Below are positions 43,610-53,678 of a DNA stretch of 64,000 nucleotides, in pieces. Under the pieces are notes generated by a model that worked only from the letters and a program-made list of their open reading frames with translations, had not been told where the DNA came from and ran no database searches. Made by a program: the position numbers and the translations under genes. Source of the stretch: a virus (lineage: Duplodnaviria > Caudoviricetes); the IMG/VR virus record IMGVR_UViG_3300021399_003927, positions 1 to 64,000 of that record. One strand, written 5' to 3'. Within the stretch, counting starts at the first letter, position 1. Every line of letters begins with the position of its first letter.

Positions 43610-45136
43610 TTAGAATTTAATTTCGTTATTGAATTTTTCGCTGATAGCAGCTTCAAATACATCGAACAAAACGTGATTCTGCACGCACAAGTCCTTAACG
43701 GCCTCAAGCACCTCTTCCTTAATCGAGTTGATGTGACCCTCGTAGCGGTTGACGATATACTTAACCGTTTCAAACTTGATTTCGTCCTCTTTCTTAGTGG
43801 TGTGCGTTGTGGTAGTATTGGTGTTCGTGTGCGTTGAACCACCACCATAACCAAAGTAGTTCTTACGAGCGTTGTCACCAAGGCTCTCAAGCTTTGTGAT
43901 GTCATCAACGTCAACACGCTTGTATGTACCATCGTCATTACGCACGTATGTGCCATTGTTACGGCTAGTCCAAGTGTTGCCGCCATGCTTCAAGTAATGC
44001 CTTGTGCAACCAATTGATTCGATAAGGTCAACACCCATACCACATGCTTGGTCCATGTCTTCAATGATGCAGTACTCATTTTCAGAGTGAGCATAATAGC
44101 CACCGTTACCAAAGTTCATGCAGATGACTTCGACTTTCTCACGAATGTTCTTAACGTCCGTGTAAGGCTCTGAGAAGAAACAACCTTTGGTAAGACCCCA
44201 ACGGTCACACACTTCTTTCATGTGCTTCTCGTAGAACTCATAGCTGAACAGTTTAGTACCGCTACAAGCCCATGCAGCGCGATAAAGGTCTGGAGAGTCA
44301 TATCCAATAACATAACCTACATCATTGAACCACTCTTTCCAAAGTTCGTCACTACCATGACATCCTGACTCCTCATCCAAGAAGAAGCAAGCCTTAAGTT
44401 TGTCAAGGTGATTAAACAACGAAAGACAGATACATACACCGCCCTTGTCATCAGCGCCAATACCAATTGAAGAGCCACCGTTTGCATCAACGCTAATCTT
44501 ATGCGAACCATCCTTGGTGCGCTCGGTCTTGAGGTCAAGAGGAACGCCTGCATAGATGTATGGGTCATGCTTGGTCTGAACAGTGTCAAGGTGTGACGTT
44601 ACGCAAGGATAGTATTCACCTTCTGCAAGTTTACCCTTTGTCAGATACACATTACCAAAGTCATCAAACTCATATTTGATGCCGTTCTTTCTAGCCCACA
44701 AGATGATAAATACGACCATTCTGTACTCCAACTTACTGTGAGTAGGAACAGACATACAATCGTACACGAAATCCTTGTCAAGATACAAGAGCTTCATGTC
44801 ATCGTCACGAGGGTTCAAAGGAACTGTAACAGCCTCAGTAGGCTCGGCAGATGTAGGAGGTATTTCAACAGCATCGTCTTCTGTATAATCCTCTACAGTG
44901 GTTTGCGCATTAGTTTCTGCACTATTTTCCACGTTGTTCTCTTTGATTGACTCATTGGTGTTGTCGTTGGCAACATTAGCGTTAGCAACATTAGCGTTTT
45001 CTGCGCTAGTATTCTCTACGTTTTTGTTAGAGTCAGTCTTTGGTTTTTCAACCTCTGCTGATGGCGTCTTAACCACCTCAGTAGGTGTGTTGGCAACAAC
45101 ATTGCCATTCTCATTTAAAATATTTGAGTCAGTCAT
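43610..45136 (-). CDS. M20/M28-family Zn peptidase/amidohydrolase with a low-complexity N-terminus
   Basis: SHLDTV, GADDKGG, DEESGCHGS, YYAHSENE. Confidence 0.85.
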   Translation of the reverse strand: MTDSNILNENGNVVANTPTEVVKTPSAEVEKPKTDSNKNVENTSAENANVANANVANDNTNESIKENNVENSAETNAQTTVEDYTEDDAVEIPPTSAEPTEAVTVPLNPRDDDMKLLYLDKDFVYDCMSVPTHSKLEYRMVVFIILWARKNGIKYEFDDFGNVYLTKGKLAEGEYYPCVTSHLDTVQTKHDPYIYAGVPLDLKTERTKDGSHKISVDANGGSSIGIGADDKGGVCICLSLFNHLDKLKACFFLDEESGCHGSDELWKEWFNDVGYVIGYDSPDLYRAAWACSGTKLFSYEFYEKHMKEVCDRWGLTKGCFFSEPYTDVKNIREKVEVICMNFGNGGYYAHSENEYCIIEDMDQACGMGVDLIESIGCTRHYLKHGGNTWTSRNNGTYVRNDDGTYKRVDVDDITKLESLGDNARKNYFGYGGGSTHTNTNTTTTHTTKKEDEIKFETVKYIVNRYEGHINSIKEEVLEAVKDLCVQNHVLFDVFEAAISEKFNNEIKF

Positions 45137-45227
45137 TTCGATTATTGATTTAATTAGTTTTTGCAAAGATATGAAATTTTAATCGGTTAAACAAATAATT
45201 GGTATAAACTTTAACATTAATTAACTA

Positions 45228-45828
45228 TTACTCCACTATTGCACATGCTACCAACGGTGAAACATTGCTTTTAGGGGCAATCTGTATTCTTATTTCGTTT
45301 CTTTTACCTATAGTAACATCTTTCTCATTACAGCCTTGCGTGGTGACATTCATACCAATTTTATAACCCAAAGACTTAATTAAACTTGTCCTTAGTTCAA
45401 TGTTCTTAACATGGTCAACAAAATAGTTGATGTCACGAATATCAATTGCATGGTCTTTTTTAGTTTTAGCCATTATTCAAAATTGAGTTTAGCAAGATTT
45501 TCTTGTCTTTAGGCGATAGCTTAAACCATTTGCTTGCGAAATGAGACAACCCAAACTTCTGTTTTATTCGTGTTTTGTCAATATTCGCTAAAGCGTCATA
45601 AGTCCTAATCAATTCTCCTTTGATTAATATGTTCCTCTGTTGTTTCGTGAGGTTAGAAAAATTGTTAGACCAATCGGTACTAGGTAAGTTGTGTTTAACG
45701 AAAATATGCTTGTATTTTAGACTAGAACGCACTTTTTCACTTGGCGTTTTCCTATTCCATCTTTCGCTAGCCTTGTTTGTGATGCTGCGAGTTGATAAAA
45801 TGTTTTCAATATTTTCATTCTCTGCCAT
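45228..45828 (-). other. Two hypothetical genes (45228-45473, 45466-45828)
   Basis: Coupled ORFs; the second has repeated W..L(T/S)...(K/R) helices. Confidence 0.6.
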
Positions 45829-46353
45829 TTAAATCTTCTTTTTAAGAACTTCAAAATAGAATGATTTCTCCACACCCTCCCATGAACTCACTTGAGCCAT
45901 AGACTTATAATATGAATACCAATCATCCTTTGTGTACTCAGGAAAAAACACATCCCCATCGCTCTCGTCTTTAACGATGGTCAGCCTCATTTCATCAACA
46001 AGGTTCTGTTCCATAAACTGACGATAAATGCTCTCTCCACCTATGACAAACAATTCTTTATCATAGAAAAAAGCCTCACACAGTTGTACCACGTCATTTA
46101 CAGAATGAGTAATGAATACATTCTCATACTCTAGACTTACACCAAACTCTTCATCTGACGTAAGAATGACATTAATTCTATCCTTTAACGGTTCTCCATT
46201 GGGCAAACTTTCATAGGTCTTACGACCCATGATAACAACATTACCAACTGTCATACGCTTGAAGTTAGCAAGGTCATTACCAATGTGGAAAAGAAGCTTG
46301 CCATCCTTCCCCAATGCCCTTTTTTGGTTAATACATGCGATAATTTTAAACAT
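45829..46353 (-). CDS. folA: Dihydrofolate reductase
   Basis: DLANFKRMT, VIMGRKTYESLP..PL.DR.N.ILT, FVIGGESIY, GDVFFP. Confidence 0.95.
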   Translation of the reverse strand: MFKIIACINQKRALGKDGKLLFHIGNDLANFKRMTVGNVVIMGRKTYESLPNGEPLKDRINVILTSDEEFGVSLEYENVFITHSVNDVVQLCEAFFYDKELFVIGGESIYRQFMEQNLVDEMRLTIVKDESDGDVFFPEYTKDDWYSYYKSMAQVSSWEGVEKSFYFEVLKKKI

Positions 46354-46443
46354 ACTGTTGAAATTTAGTTTTTACTTTGTGCAAAGGTATATAAAAAAAT
46401 TGAGAAATCAAAAAATGATTCCCCAATTTTATATTAAAAAATG

Positions 46444-46740
46444 TTAAAGCGGAACTAATGCTTCCATTAAACTTTTCATAAAGCATGTATTAACCACTTT
46501 TTCTAGTAGATAGTCCTTTATAGTTTCCATTGTAGGATATTTGGCACAAAGACAATCTGGTTTATCACCAATCCACGCAACTTCGGTAAAGTAATGGTGT
46601 ACACCCTCTTCCCCATATTTGAACAACTCTTCATCATCACCGTATCTGTTATAGTATACGGCAACTTTTCCACGATTATAACAATATTTCTTAAGAAGCT
46701 TATCTATGTCTTCGTTTGATAAGTTAATTTTAATTTCCAT
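46444..46740 (-). CDS. Hypothetical protein
   Basis: ORF, likely start MEIKIN. Confidence 0.55.
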   Translation of the reverse strand: MEIKINLSNEDIDKLLKKYCYNRGKVAVYYNRYGDDEELFKYGEEGVHHYFTEVAWIGDKPDCLCAKYPTMETIKDYLLEKVVNTCFMKSLMEALVPL

Positions 46741-47500
46741 CTTTCCAATAGCAATATAAACATTTATTTTCACATCTGTGAGGTTTCACTTTCAATAGTT
46801 CAGATTTATTAGCTGGACAGCCACAACTCTTCCTTTGTTCAGCACTGCCAACCAACGTAATCTCATTTTTAAGCCCTAAGATGTCAATGTCAAGCTGAGA
46901 CACACATGGGATTTCCGTAAATCCTGGTTCTCCACATGCTTCAACTTGGCTATATCCGCATTCTTCTGCGCAATACTTGATAGCTGTCATCCATTTATTC
47001 CTATCTTCCATTGGCGCATGGAAACTACCGTCATATAAAATAGGTATATTTTCTTCTTTAAAACGCTCTTGGACGTGTTTATAGTTGTCCAAGAAGGAAA
47101 TCCTCACCCTACGTATTCCAAAGCCTCTAAAAGCCCTTAAAACGCGCATAGCAGTCTCTACGCCTTTCTGTGTGGGAACAATTGGGTCAACCCTTAACAC
47201 AACGTGGGAAATAGGAAATCCACCTTCAATCAGTTTAACAAACTTATCATGCGTCTCTTCAACTGACGGAACAAACGGTTCAATGCGACTGTGACCCATT
47301 CCAGTGCATGTTAGATGCAATATTACCTTGTCTTGATGCTCTATGAGTTTTTCAATTAACTTATCAGTTAACCTTTTGGTAATAATTATGTTACCTTTAT
47401 AAAGTCTGTCAAAGGCATCTAGGTTATAAGAAATTTCACCACTTTCAGTAGTTCCTATCCTATTTTCTGTGTCTAAAACTAATTTTTTTGTCGAAGCCAT
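46730..47500 (-). CDS. DUF1848-like Fe-S/radical-SAM-related protein
   Basis: IIITK, LRVDPIV, ISFLD.Y, QRKSCGC...C.NKCLYCY. Confidence 0.75.
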   Translation of the reverse strand: MASTKKLVLDTENRIGTTESGEISYNLDAFDRLYKGNIIITKRLTDKLIEKLIEHQDKVILHLTCTGMGHSRIEPFVPSVEETHDKFVKLIEGGFPISHVVLRVDPIVPTQKGVETAMRVLRAFRGFGIRRVRISFLDNYKHVQERFKEENIPILYDGSFHAPMEDRNKWMTAIKYCAEECGYSQVEACGEPGFTEIPCVSQLDIDILGLKNEITLVGSAEQRKSCGCPANKSELLKVKPHRCENKCLYCYWKDGN

Positions 47501-48104
47501 GTGATTCTATGTGTTCATCGTTTGTTCTACCATCTACAATTTCTTTATCTCTTAGAGAAGAAATATATTCGTATAAATTATTCCACATTTCTTTTGCATC
47601 AATGAATTTAGGAATATATGTGTTTTTCAGTATAGGGTTTTCAACAATATTTATTGGGTTTTTACTAATAGAAACCTCACCTCTATATCTAGTGTATATA
47701 ACATCAGTGCAAATAGATAGAGGGCAATTGCTTAATTTGTGCTTTTTATCAATTTTCTTTTTTTCTATTAATTGCGGCTCTAATATCAAATTATCATTAT
47801 CATCAAGATACCTCTCAACTTTAAAAAAATAATGATAATATCCACTTTCCACTAGAAAATAAAAAAATCTACCTTCCATGACTGGTACTTTAATTCCGTA
47901 TCCTTTAACTAGTCTACGTTTTATATCATATGTTTTATCTTTTTCTTTTTTGAAAATGTTATCAAGGCCGTGGCCAATATAATAATTATTCAAATCAATT
48001 GGGTATGACTTCCTTCTGTCATAAACCACTAATTCATCAATTCCGTAATAATTCTGGAGATAATCATAATAGTCTTTCTCCCCATGTTTACATATTATTT
48101 TCAT
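47460..48104 (-). CDS. Conserved phage hypothetical protein
   Basis: KDYYDYL..YGID...VYDRR; NPIL; I..HGFD.K.SFR. Confidence 0.7.
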   Translation of the reverse strand: MKIICKHGEKDYYDYLQNYYGIDELVVYDRRKSYPIDLNNYYIGHGLDNIFKKEKDKTYDIKRRLVKGYGIKVPVMEGRFFYFLVESGYYHYFFKVERYLDDNDNLILEPQLIEKKKIDKKHKLSNCPLSICTDVIYTRYRGEVSISKNPINIVENPILKNTYIPKFIDAKEMWNNLYEYISSLRDKEIVDGRTNDEHIESHGFDKKISFRHRK

Positions 48105-48205
48105 AATAACAATTATATTTTTAAACGTTAAACGCTAGATGATAGATGTTTTAAGCACCCACCGTCTAGCGTTATTTAAAGTTTTTAATAATCTCTTGTT
48201 AGGGA

Positions 48206-48391
48206 TTATTCAGCAACAACCACTGTATCAGCAGCAGTCTCAACAAGTGAATCAGCTACAACAACAGTCGTATCTGCACCTGCTACTGCTAGACTGTCAG
48301 TTTCGTTTGCTGTAGTTTCGCCATTCTTGCTGTTGCAAGATGCGAAAGTCATGGCCATCATTGCCATGAATAAAAATGCAATCTTTTTCAT
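48206..48391 (-). CDS. Small Bacteroidota-type lipoprotein
   Basis: MKK-hydrophobic-FASC lipobox, DS/DT-rich tail. Confidence 0.8.
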   Translation of the reverse strand: MKKIAFLFMAMMAMTFASCNSKNGETTANETDSLAVAGADTTVVVADSLVETAADTVVVAE

Positions 48392-48475
48392 TTTTTTTTT
48401 TAATTTTGTTTGTTTTATAATTGTTATCTTTTTTCGAGTGCAAAGATATAATAAATATTTCTAATTTCCAAATTT

Positions 48476-48949
48476 TTATGAACTTTTTTTCAAAAAACTA
48501 CTATAATAATGTTTTTTATTTGAATATTCTGCTGTAGAAATCTTCCAATTATGAGGATGGTCTGAAAACTTTAACAGCCCTCTTAAACGGCATTTAGCAT
48601 CGTAATAATCATATACCTCATTATACAAATTGGCATGGGTAACTTGGTATTTTCCCCATCGTAGGGCAAGGAAATAGAAAAAATCATATCCTTGTGCGGA
48701 TGCTGACCAACGGACTGCTTTATTGATGGTGTCTACATGCTCGCCTTCTTCGAATTTCTCTAGAATATCATATTTTTCACAAGTTGCAACGTTATGCACT
48801 TCAAGAAAATTGACTAACGCATCAAATAACTGGAGCAGTTGTTTTTTCTTTTCTCCTTTATAGTATGCAGACATAGACATTCGTTTGCGAATTCTTTGTA
48901 TTCGGCTTTCTTCCATTTCAACTTTACATTTTGTAACTTTAAATTTCAT
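48476..48949 (-). CDS. Hypothetical protein
   Basis: ORF with a W..S.QG..F motif also seen in 35073..35309. Confidence 0.55.
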   Translation of the reverse strand: MKFKVTKCKVEMEESRIQRIRKRMSMSAYYKGEKKKQLLQLFDALVNFLEVHNVATCEKYDILEKFEEGEHVDTINKAVRWSASAQGYDFFYFLALRWGKYQVTHANLYNEVYDYYDAKCRLRGLLKFSDHPHNWKISTAEYSNKKHYYSSFLKKSS

Positions 48950-48957
48950 TGGTTAAA

Positions 48958-49545
48958 TTAATTTAAGTTAGAAAAATAAAGGTAAATTTCATTAATGCGA
49001 GTCTTATGATTAAACGCCCATTCATAATTGTCAATGTCATTCACTTTAACCCATTTAATTTCCCCAACTTCTTTACCCTCGTTGTTTTTCTTGGAAAACT
49101 CAAAATCAGTCGTAACCTTGTCTGTAATCCAAACACCAAACCTAAACGTAACATTCTGTCTGTTGGCGGTAACTGGGTCATCCTCATAGTTGATGAACGT
49201 AAGTTGGGATGGGTCAAGTTTAACACCTGTTTCCTCAAAGCACTCACGAACCGCACATTCCTTTGTGGTTTCGTAAAAGTCAAGATAGCCACAAGGACAA
49301 TTCCATATGCCTCTGAAATCAGCAGCCTCTTCACCGCGTTCAGATGCTAGCACGCACCAATCACCATCAGCATCTTTACAGAATACGAAAATGGCTGTTG
49401 CCATAGAACGGCTAAACCAACCAATAAATGCTTGATTCAGAACTTCTCTGATATTTTCCTCTGGAATCGGAAACCCAATGTGGGATTTAACCAATTCGAT
49501 TGTTTTTTCCATGTCCAAACAAGGACGATTTGTCATCTTTTCCAT
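48958..49545 (-). CDS. Nudix hydrolase (ADP-ribose pyrophosphatase-like)
   Basis: WNCPCGYLD..ET..ECAVRECFEETGV Nudix box, WAFNH. Confidence 0.88.
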   Translation of the reverse strand: MEKMTNRPCLDMEKTIELVKSHIGFPIPEENIREVLNQAFIGWFSRSMATAIFVFCKDADGDWCVLASERGEEAADFRGIWNCPCGYLDFYETTKECAVRECFEETGVKLDPSQLTFINYEDDPVTANRQNVTFRFGVWITDKVTTDFEFSKKNNEGKEVGEIKWVKVNDIDNYEWAFNHKTRINEIYLYFSNLN

Positions 49546-50006
49546 ATATTTTTAAAACGTTTTTCGTAACTTTTGTTATACCAAGGCTGTTCTACTCTCT
49601 CATGTGGTACTCTATACTTTTTTGACGAATTTGCCCTATTAATTTTCCTAGATAAGCTTAGAGATAACACATTCACCTTATTCATACTCTCATATTCGGC
49701 AAACACAGTTCTCCAAGTAACATTAGAAAAACGATAGCCGTGAATAAGAGCAGGCTGTTTAAAACCGTTTAAATAATTGAATATTTCAAATTTTAAATAA
49801 TTATCATCACAAGAATTTTGTATTTTTTCTAAAATGTATGATTCTTTACACAAATTCAACTTACCATCGTTGTAAACATTTCCAAATCCCCAATATTTTT
49901 TAATATACCAAGAAATAGCACCGATGTCATTCATCCATGAACCATATAACTTCTTTTTAATTAGAAATCTAATCCAATTCTTGTATGCTGTTCCACATTT
50001 TTCCAT
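49533..50006 (-). CDS. Hypothetical protein
   Basis: W.RFLIKKKLY N-terminal motif family. Confidence 0.6.
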   Translation of the reverse strand: MEKCGTAYKNWIRFLIKKKLYGSWMNDIGAISWYIKKYWGFGNVYNDGKLNLCKESYILEKIQNSCDDNYLKFEIFNYLNGFKQPALIHGYRFSNVTWRTVFAEYESMNKVNVLSLSLSRKINRANSSKKYRVPHERVEQPWYNKSYEKRFKNIWKR

Positions 50007-50080
50007 TTACGTCATATGTTTTATGCAAATATATGAAAAAAAATTCAAATAACCAAAAAACACAAGTTAAAAAAAATGTA

Positions 50081-50108
50081 AAAGTTGGGGAATTACCCCC
50101 AACTTTTT
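50081..50108 (-). terminator. Intrinsic terminator
   Basis: AAAAGTTGGGG-aattac-CCCCAACTTTT. Confidence 0.8.
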
Positions 50109-50111
50109 AAA

Positions 50112-50495
50112 TTACTTATTAATCTTATCCAAATCAAATCCCCTATTTTGAAGGGTTAAGTTAAGTAGAATCAAATACTTATGGTACTGCTCTTTATTAA
50201 GGACATAGCCCATAAACTTGATGTTCTTCTGAACAGTGCTTGAAACTACCTTGTTACGAGACTCCTCAGTTTCCATAGAGGAAGCGAAGAACATGTCTCT
50301 TTCAAACTCACGTATGATGTTCTCAGTTATTTCCATCTGGTCACCTGACATATCCAACACACATGCCAATCTGCGATGGTTAATATTAAACTCATACTTC
50401 TCAATGTTGTCAACCTTAGTTGCGTTGCTGTCATCAGCAAATGAATAAACGCTCATACTGAGCATCATCACCAAAATTAAAATAAACTTCTTCAT
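50112..50495 (-). CDS. Secreted helical protein of a Bacteroidales/Prevotella conserved family
   Basis: Sec signal peptide; Y.FNIN.RRLA..L....DQ and Y.L...QY.KYL.LLN.TL.NRG pattern recalled from host proteins. Confidence 0.7.
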   Translation of the reverse strand: MKKFILILVMMLSMSVYSFADDSNATKVDNIEKYEFNINHRRLACVLDMSGDQMEITENIIREFERDMFFASSMETEESRNKVVSSTVQKNIKFMGYVLNKEQYHKYLILLNLTLQNRGFDLDKINK

Positions 50496-51026
50496 AATAA
50501 ATTTCCCTTTTTTTTACACTTACTTTTTAATTATGGAATGTATCGGTACACTTACTTTCTAAACTAAAAACCGATTACATCCCACTGCACTTACTCAATT
50601 TTTCGGCTAGGGTATTAATCCCAAGCTGTTGTCATGCACTTTTAGATTCCTTCATAATAATTTCCCTTTAAATTTAATTTAAGACATAGATGTAAACAAT
50701 ACCATTTCAAGCACCCTAGCCTTGCCAATTAGGTTGTCACAACCTATACCCCATTATTTACTTACTTCAAATAATATATATTATTGTTTTATAAATTATT
50801 AAACATTTCAAAGAGCCATTTTGCTTAAATATCAATTATCTTGACATACGTCAAAACGAACTGTGCACGTACACACCCTTAAAATTTAACATTGCAAAGA
50901 TATAAAAAATAGTTCAAATAGCCAAAATAAATGATTCAAAAGTATCAAATATAACATCAATCTTGATATAAATCATATATACAGTACCATAGCATTAAAA
51001 CAAAAATAGTACTTAATTCTGCGAAA

Positions 51027-51068
51027 AATAAAATGAGGAACTACATACAATAGTTCCTCATTTTATTT
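51027..51068 (-). terminator. Intrinsic terminator
   Basis: AAATAAAATGAGGAACTA...TAGTTCCTCATTTTATTT. Confidence 0.85.
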
Positions 51069-51081
51069 ATTAGTTTAAACA

Positions 51082-52803
51082 CTATTTTATAGTGTGTTCA
51101 TGTTCTGTTCCCTCTTGGTAATCATTAATTACTGTGGTGACAGTAATTTCATTTGTCTTAGGTACTTTAGGGTCATCTTCATCTGTTTCTGTTGGGTCAA
51201 TCACTCCATTTCCCTTCCCCTTAATATTGATTATGTAGGTATAGAATTTACCTTCTACCCATTTTACTTCTGAACTAGGTATAAACACTCTGTTATCATA
51301 CTTTGTTACTCCCTTATAAGTATAGCTAAATTTAACTGTATAGCCAACATTTTCAACAGAGTTAGCCGTATATGGGAATGTATACCATGTTGTAGGGGAA
51401 GCTACGCGGTCAGTATAAACATATCCGTTAGGCTTTGTAAATGTCAAGGTTGATTCATTATTGATTTCAGACATTGTAATTCCATCCAATCCTATGGTTG
51501 CAGTAATCTTTGAAGGATATGAAGCTAACACAGCGTCAGTTCCGTCACCAATCTCTGATGTTGCTGGTAGAATTACAATACCTTCCTTGCCAGTTGGTGG
51601 AATTGCTGGTTGATATTCAGTTCCTCCTGTAATAGTAGTAACTGTTAAGGTCATTTGTGTGTTATTTACTAACCAAGCACTCCATCCCTTTTCACTATCA
51701 GTATTATTGATTCTTACGACTCTCCATCCTTCATTATATGCTTTTTGAAAGGTAGTTTTAAGATTATTATCAGCATTTGTCCAGAAAGCATCATTACCAG
51801 ATGCAAAATCAGAAGCAGAAGTGGTAGAAGCTAATTTAATAAAATATACATTTCTTTTAACATTAGTAGTATTATCAGGACTATATTTCCAATCAGTATT
51901 AATAATATTACCATCAGCATCATAATATTCAAACTGAGCATTTACTACATTAGCAATTGCTTGAAGATAACCACCATATGTTGCATTACTACTACCAAAA
52001 AAATTATTAGCTTGTGTCGATGTTAAATTTGCATCAACTGCATATGGCCAACCAACAATATTGCCAGCAACTAGCTCATCAATTACTTTGGATGTACGAG
52101 TCTCTGTGGTCATTGTTCCTGGTGTCGCTGGTACCTCTGGACTACCTTCTGTATAAGGCGTAAAGTCTACAATTTGAGTGTTTGGGTCATCTGATGTGAA
52201 CTTAAGATAAATCTTAACATTTGCATGTTTAAAATTCAAGGTTGCCCCTTCCCCATATTTTGTTTGGGGAACAGTAGTTGCTGCATATAATAACTCTCTG
52301 TCTTCTGCATATGTTCCATTTTGCGCACCAGCTTGTGCAGCTTCATCATCTGTTGTGAAACCCATTGCTTCAACGGTTAATTCACTAGAAGCCTCATCAA
52401 AAGTCTTAGTGGCATCTTGTGGTATAACACCTATAAAATTGTATTCATCAACATCGTTGTCAAAATACTTAAGATTTTCAGTGTAACCCCAAACATTCCC
52501 AGCAAATGTTCCGTGATAATAATCATTGTCTTTACCCATCACAACTGAGTCTTTTGCCCATGCGTATAATGCAAAATCGGTATAAGTTCCACCGTCAATT
52601 GCAGCTCGTGTAATTGCTCCGCTTTGTCCGTTAACATATCCTCCAATGACATACTGCCCATTACCATTCACTTGGTATGGCTGCCAGTAGCTCCAAAATA
52701 AAGGTTGAGGATAGATGACCGTATTATTGTCTATGTCACAACTAGAAAAGAAAGGTAATGACATAAACAAAAAAACTAAAGAATAAAAACAATTTTTTTT
52801 CAT
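51082..52803 (-). CDS. Fimbrillin-like (type V pilin) lipoprotein
   Basis: Lipobox FSSC, TRA processing-site-like motif, LNFKHA..KI, W..GK.YTY.INI. Confidence 0.7.
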   Translation of the reverse strand: MKKNCFYSLVFLFMSLPFFSSCDIDNNTVIYPQPLFWSYWQPYQVNGNGQYVIGGYVNGQSGAITRAAIDGGTYTDFALYAWAKDSVVMGKDNDYYHGTFAGNVWGYTENLKYFDNDVDEYNFIGVIPQDATKTFDEASSELTVEAMGFTTDDEAAQAGAQNGTYAEDRELLYAATTVPQTKYGEGATLNFKHANVKIYLKFTSDDPNTQIVDFTPYTEGSPEVPATPGTMTTETRTSKVIDELVAGNIVGWPYAVDANLTSTQANNFFGSSNATYGGYLQAIANVVNAQFEYYDADGNIINTDWKYSPDNTTNVKRNVYFIKLASTTSASDFASGNDAFWTNADNNLKTTFQKAYNEGWRVVRINNTDSEKGWSAWLVNNTQMTLTVTTITGGTEYQPAIPPTGKEGIVILPATSEIGDGTDAVLASYPSKITATIGLDGITMSEINNESTLTFTKPNGYVYTDRVASPTTWYTFPYTANSVENVGYTVKFSYTYKGVTKYDNRVFIPSSEVKWVEGKFYTYIINIKGKGNGVIDPTETDEDDPKVPKTNEITVTTVINDYQEGTEHEHTIK

Positions 52804-52847
52804 TTTGTGTCTAGATTTAATTTAAATGTTATTTGTAAAAAAAAAAC

Positions 52848-52944
52848 AAGGAACAATAATGGTCGGATTCGAACCGACATAAGATTGATTTGCAGTCAAT
52901 TGAGTATACCATTCCTCCACAGAGTAACTTGCTGTATGTTCCTT
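52848..52944 (-). ncRNA. ACAGCAA-type (skipping-rope-like) RNA enclosing tRNA-Cys D, anticodon and T arms
   Basis: AAGGAACA-TACAGCAA...TGTTCCTT closing stem; internal ATTGA-CTGCAAA-TCAAT and GTCGG-TTCGAAT-CCGAC; no acceptor stem. Confidence 0.6.
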
Positions 52945-52946
52945 TG

Positions 52947-53018
52947 TAGCGAGAGAGAGAATCGAACTCTCACCTAGTGAATATGAGTCACTTGTTCTAG
53001 CCGTTAGACTATCTCGCT
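52947..53018 (-). tRNA. tRNA-Met(CAT); CCA not encoded
   Basis: AGCGAGA/TCTCGCT, AGTGA-CTCATAT-TCACT, GAGAG-TTCGATT-CTCTC. Confidence 0.85.
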
Positions 53019-53093
53019 ATGAATTTATTAAATTCTTCTTCTACAAATTTTGGATTATACCTACCCATATCTTTGATGATATATGGAGTGTAC

Positions 53094-53678
53094 TTATCTT
53101 TTGTCTATGAAGTTGAGCATTATAAACCCACCTTCACTTTGATGCTTTTTTATAAAATAAGAGTTTTTCTTTTTCGAAAGAAATGGAAAGATTCGATAAA
53201 TCCAAGAATTTTGGCATCCATTTATGATTTTAGGCATACCATTTACCTTTTCATACTCAAATTGGTATAGCTTCTTTCCATCGAACCTTCTGTAACCACC
53301 AATGTACATTACATTTGGATATACCGTTTCTATTATACGGCAGAAATCAGAAAACTTATACTCTACTCCGCTAGTCTTTTTGTTTAATGATTCCTTTTCT
53401 GTTTCATCCAAAGTGATAAGAACAGTCACATCACCCATTTTATCGAAAAAATCCAAGACCTCATAGAAAGAGAATATCTTATACTGAAATATTCCATTCC
53501 TAATTATGATTCTGTTAAACTCATTTGTATATACTCTAATATCAAAGAGTCTTACGCCATAATTGATGTATTGTTTTTCATATGATATTGTTTGGCATCG
53601 TCCAAACCATTTGACAAACTTAGACCACCACGAAGATGGTCTAAGATATGTCAGAGAATTATTAGAACCTATTAACAT
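53094..53678 (-). CDS. PI-PLC X-domain-like phosphodiesterase with catalytic histidines apparently lost
   Basis: IGSNNSLTY, RCQ..S..KQY..GVRLFDIRV, IIRNG (family pattern GSHNS ... HG). Confidence 0.7.
   Translation of the reverse strand: MLIGSNNSLTYLRPSSWWSKFVKWFGRCQTISYEKQYINYGVRLFDIRVYTNEFNRIIIRNGIFQYKIFSFYEVLDFFDKMGDVTVLITLDETEKESLNKKTSGVEYKFSDFCRIIETVYPNVMYIGGYRRFDGKKLYQFEYEKVNGMPKIINGCQNSWIYRIFPFLSKKKNSYFIKKHQSEGGFIMLNFIDKR

Noticed and set aside
43600-43986. 129-codon overlap of the 973-aa ORF with the peptidase gene as a frameshift fusion
   Set aside because: The overlap translation looks like off-frame sequence, no convincing slippery site was seen, and a good ATG lies 10 nt after the peptidase stop
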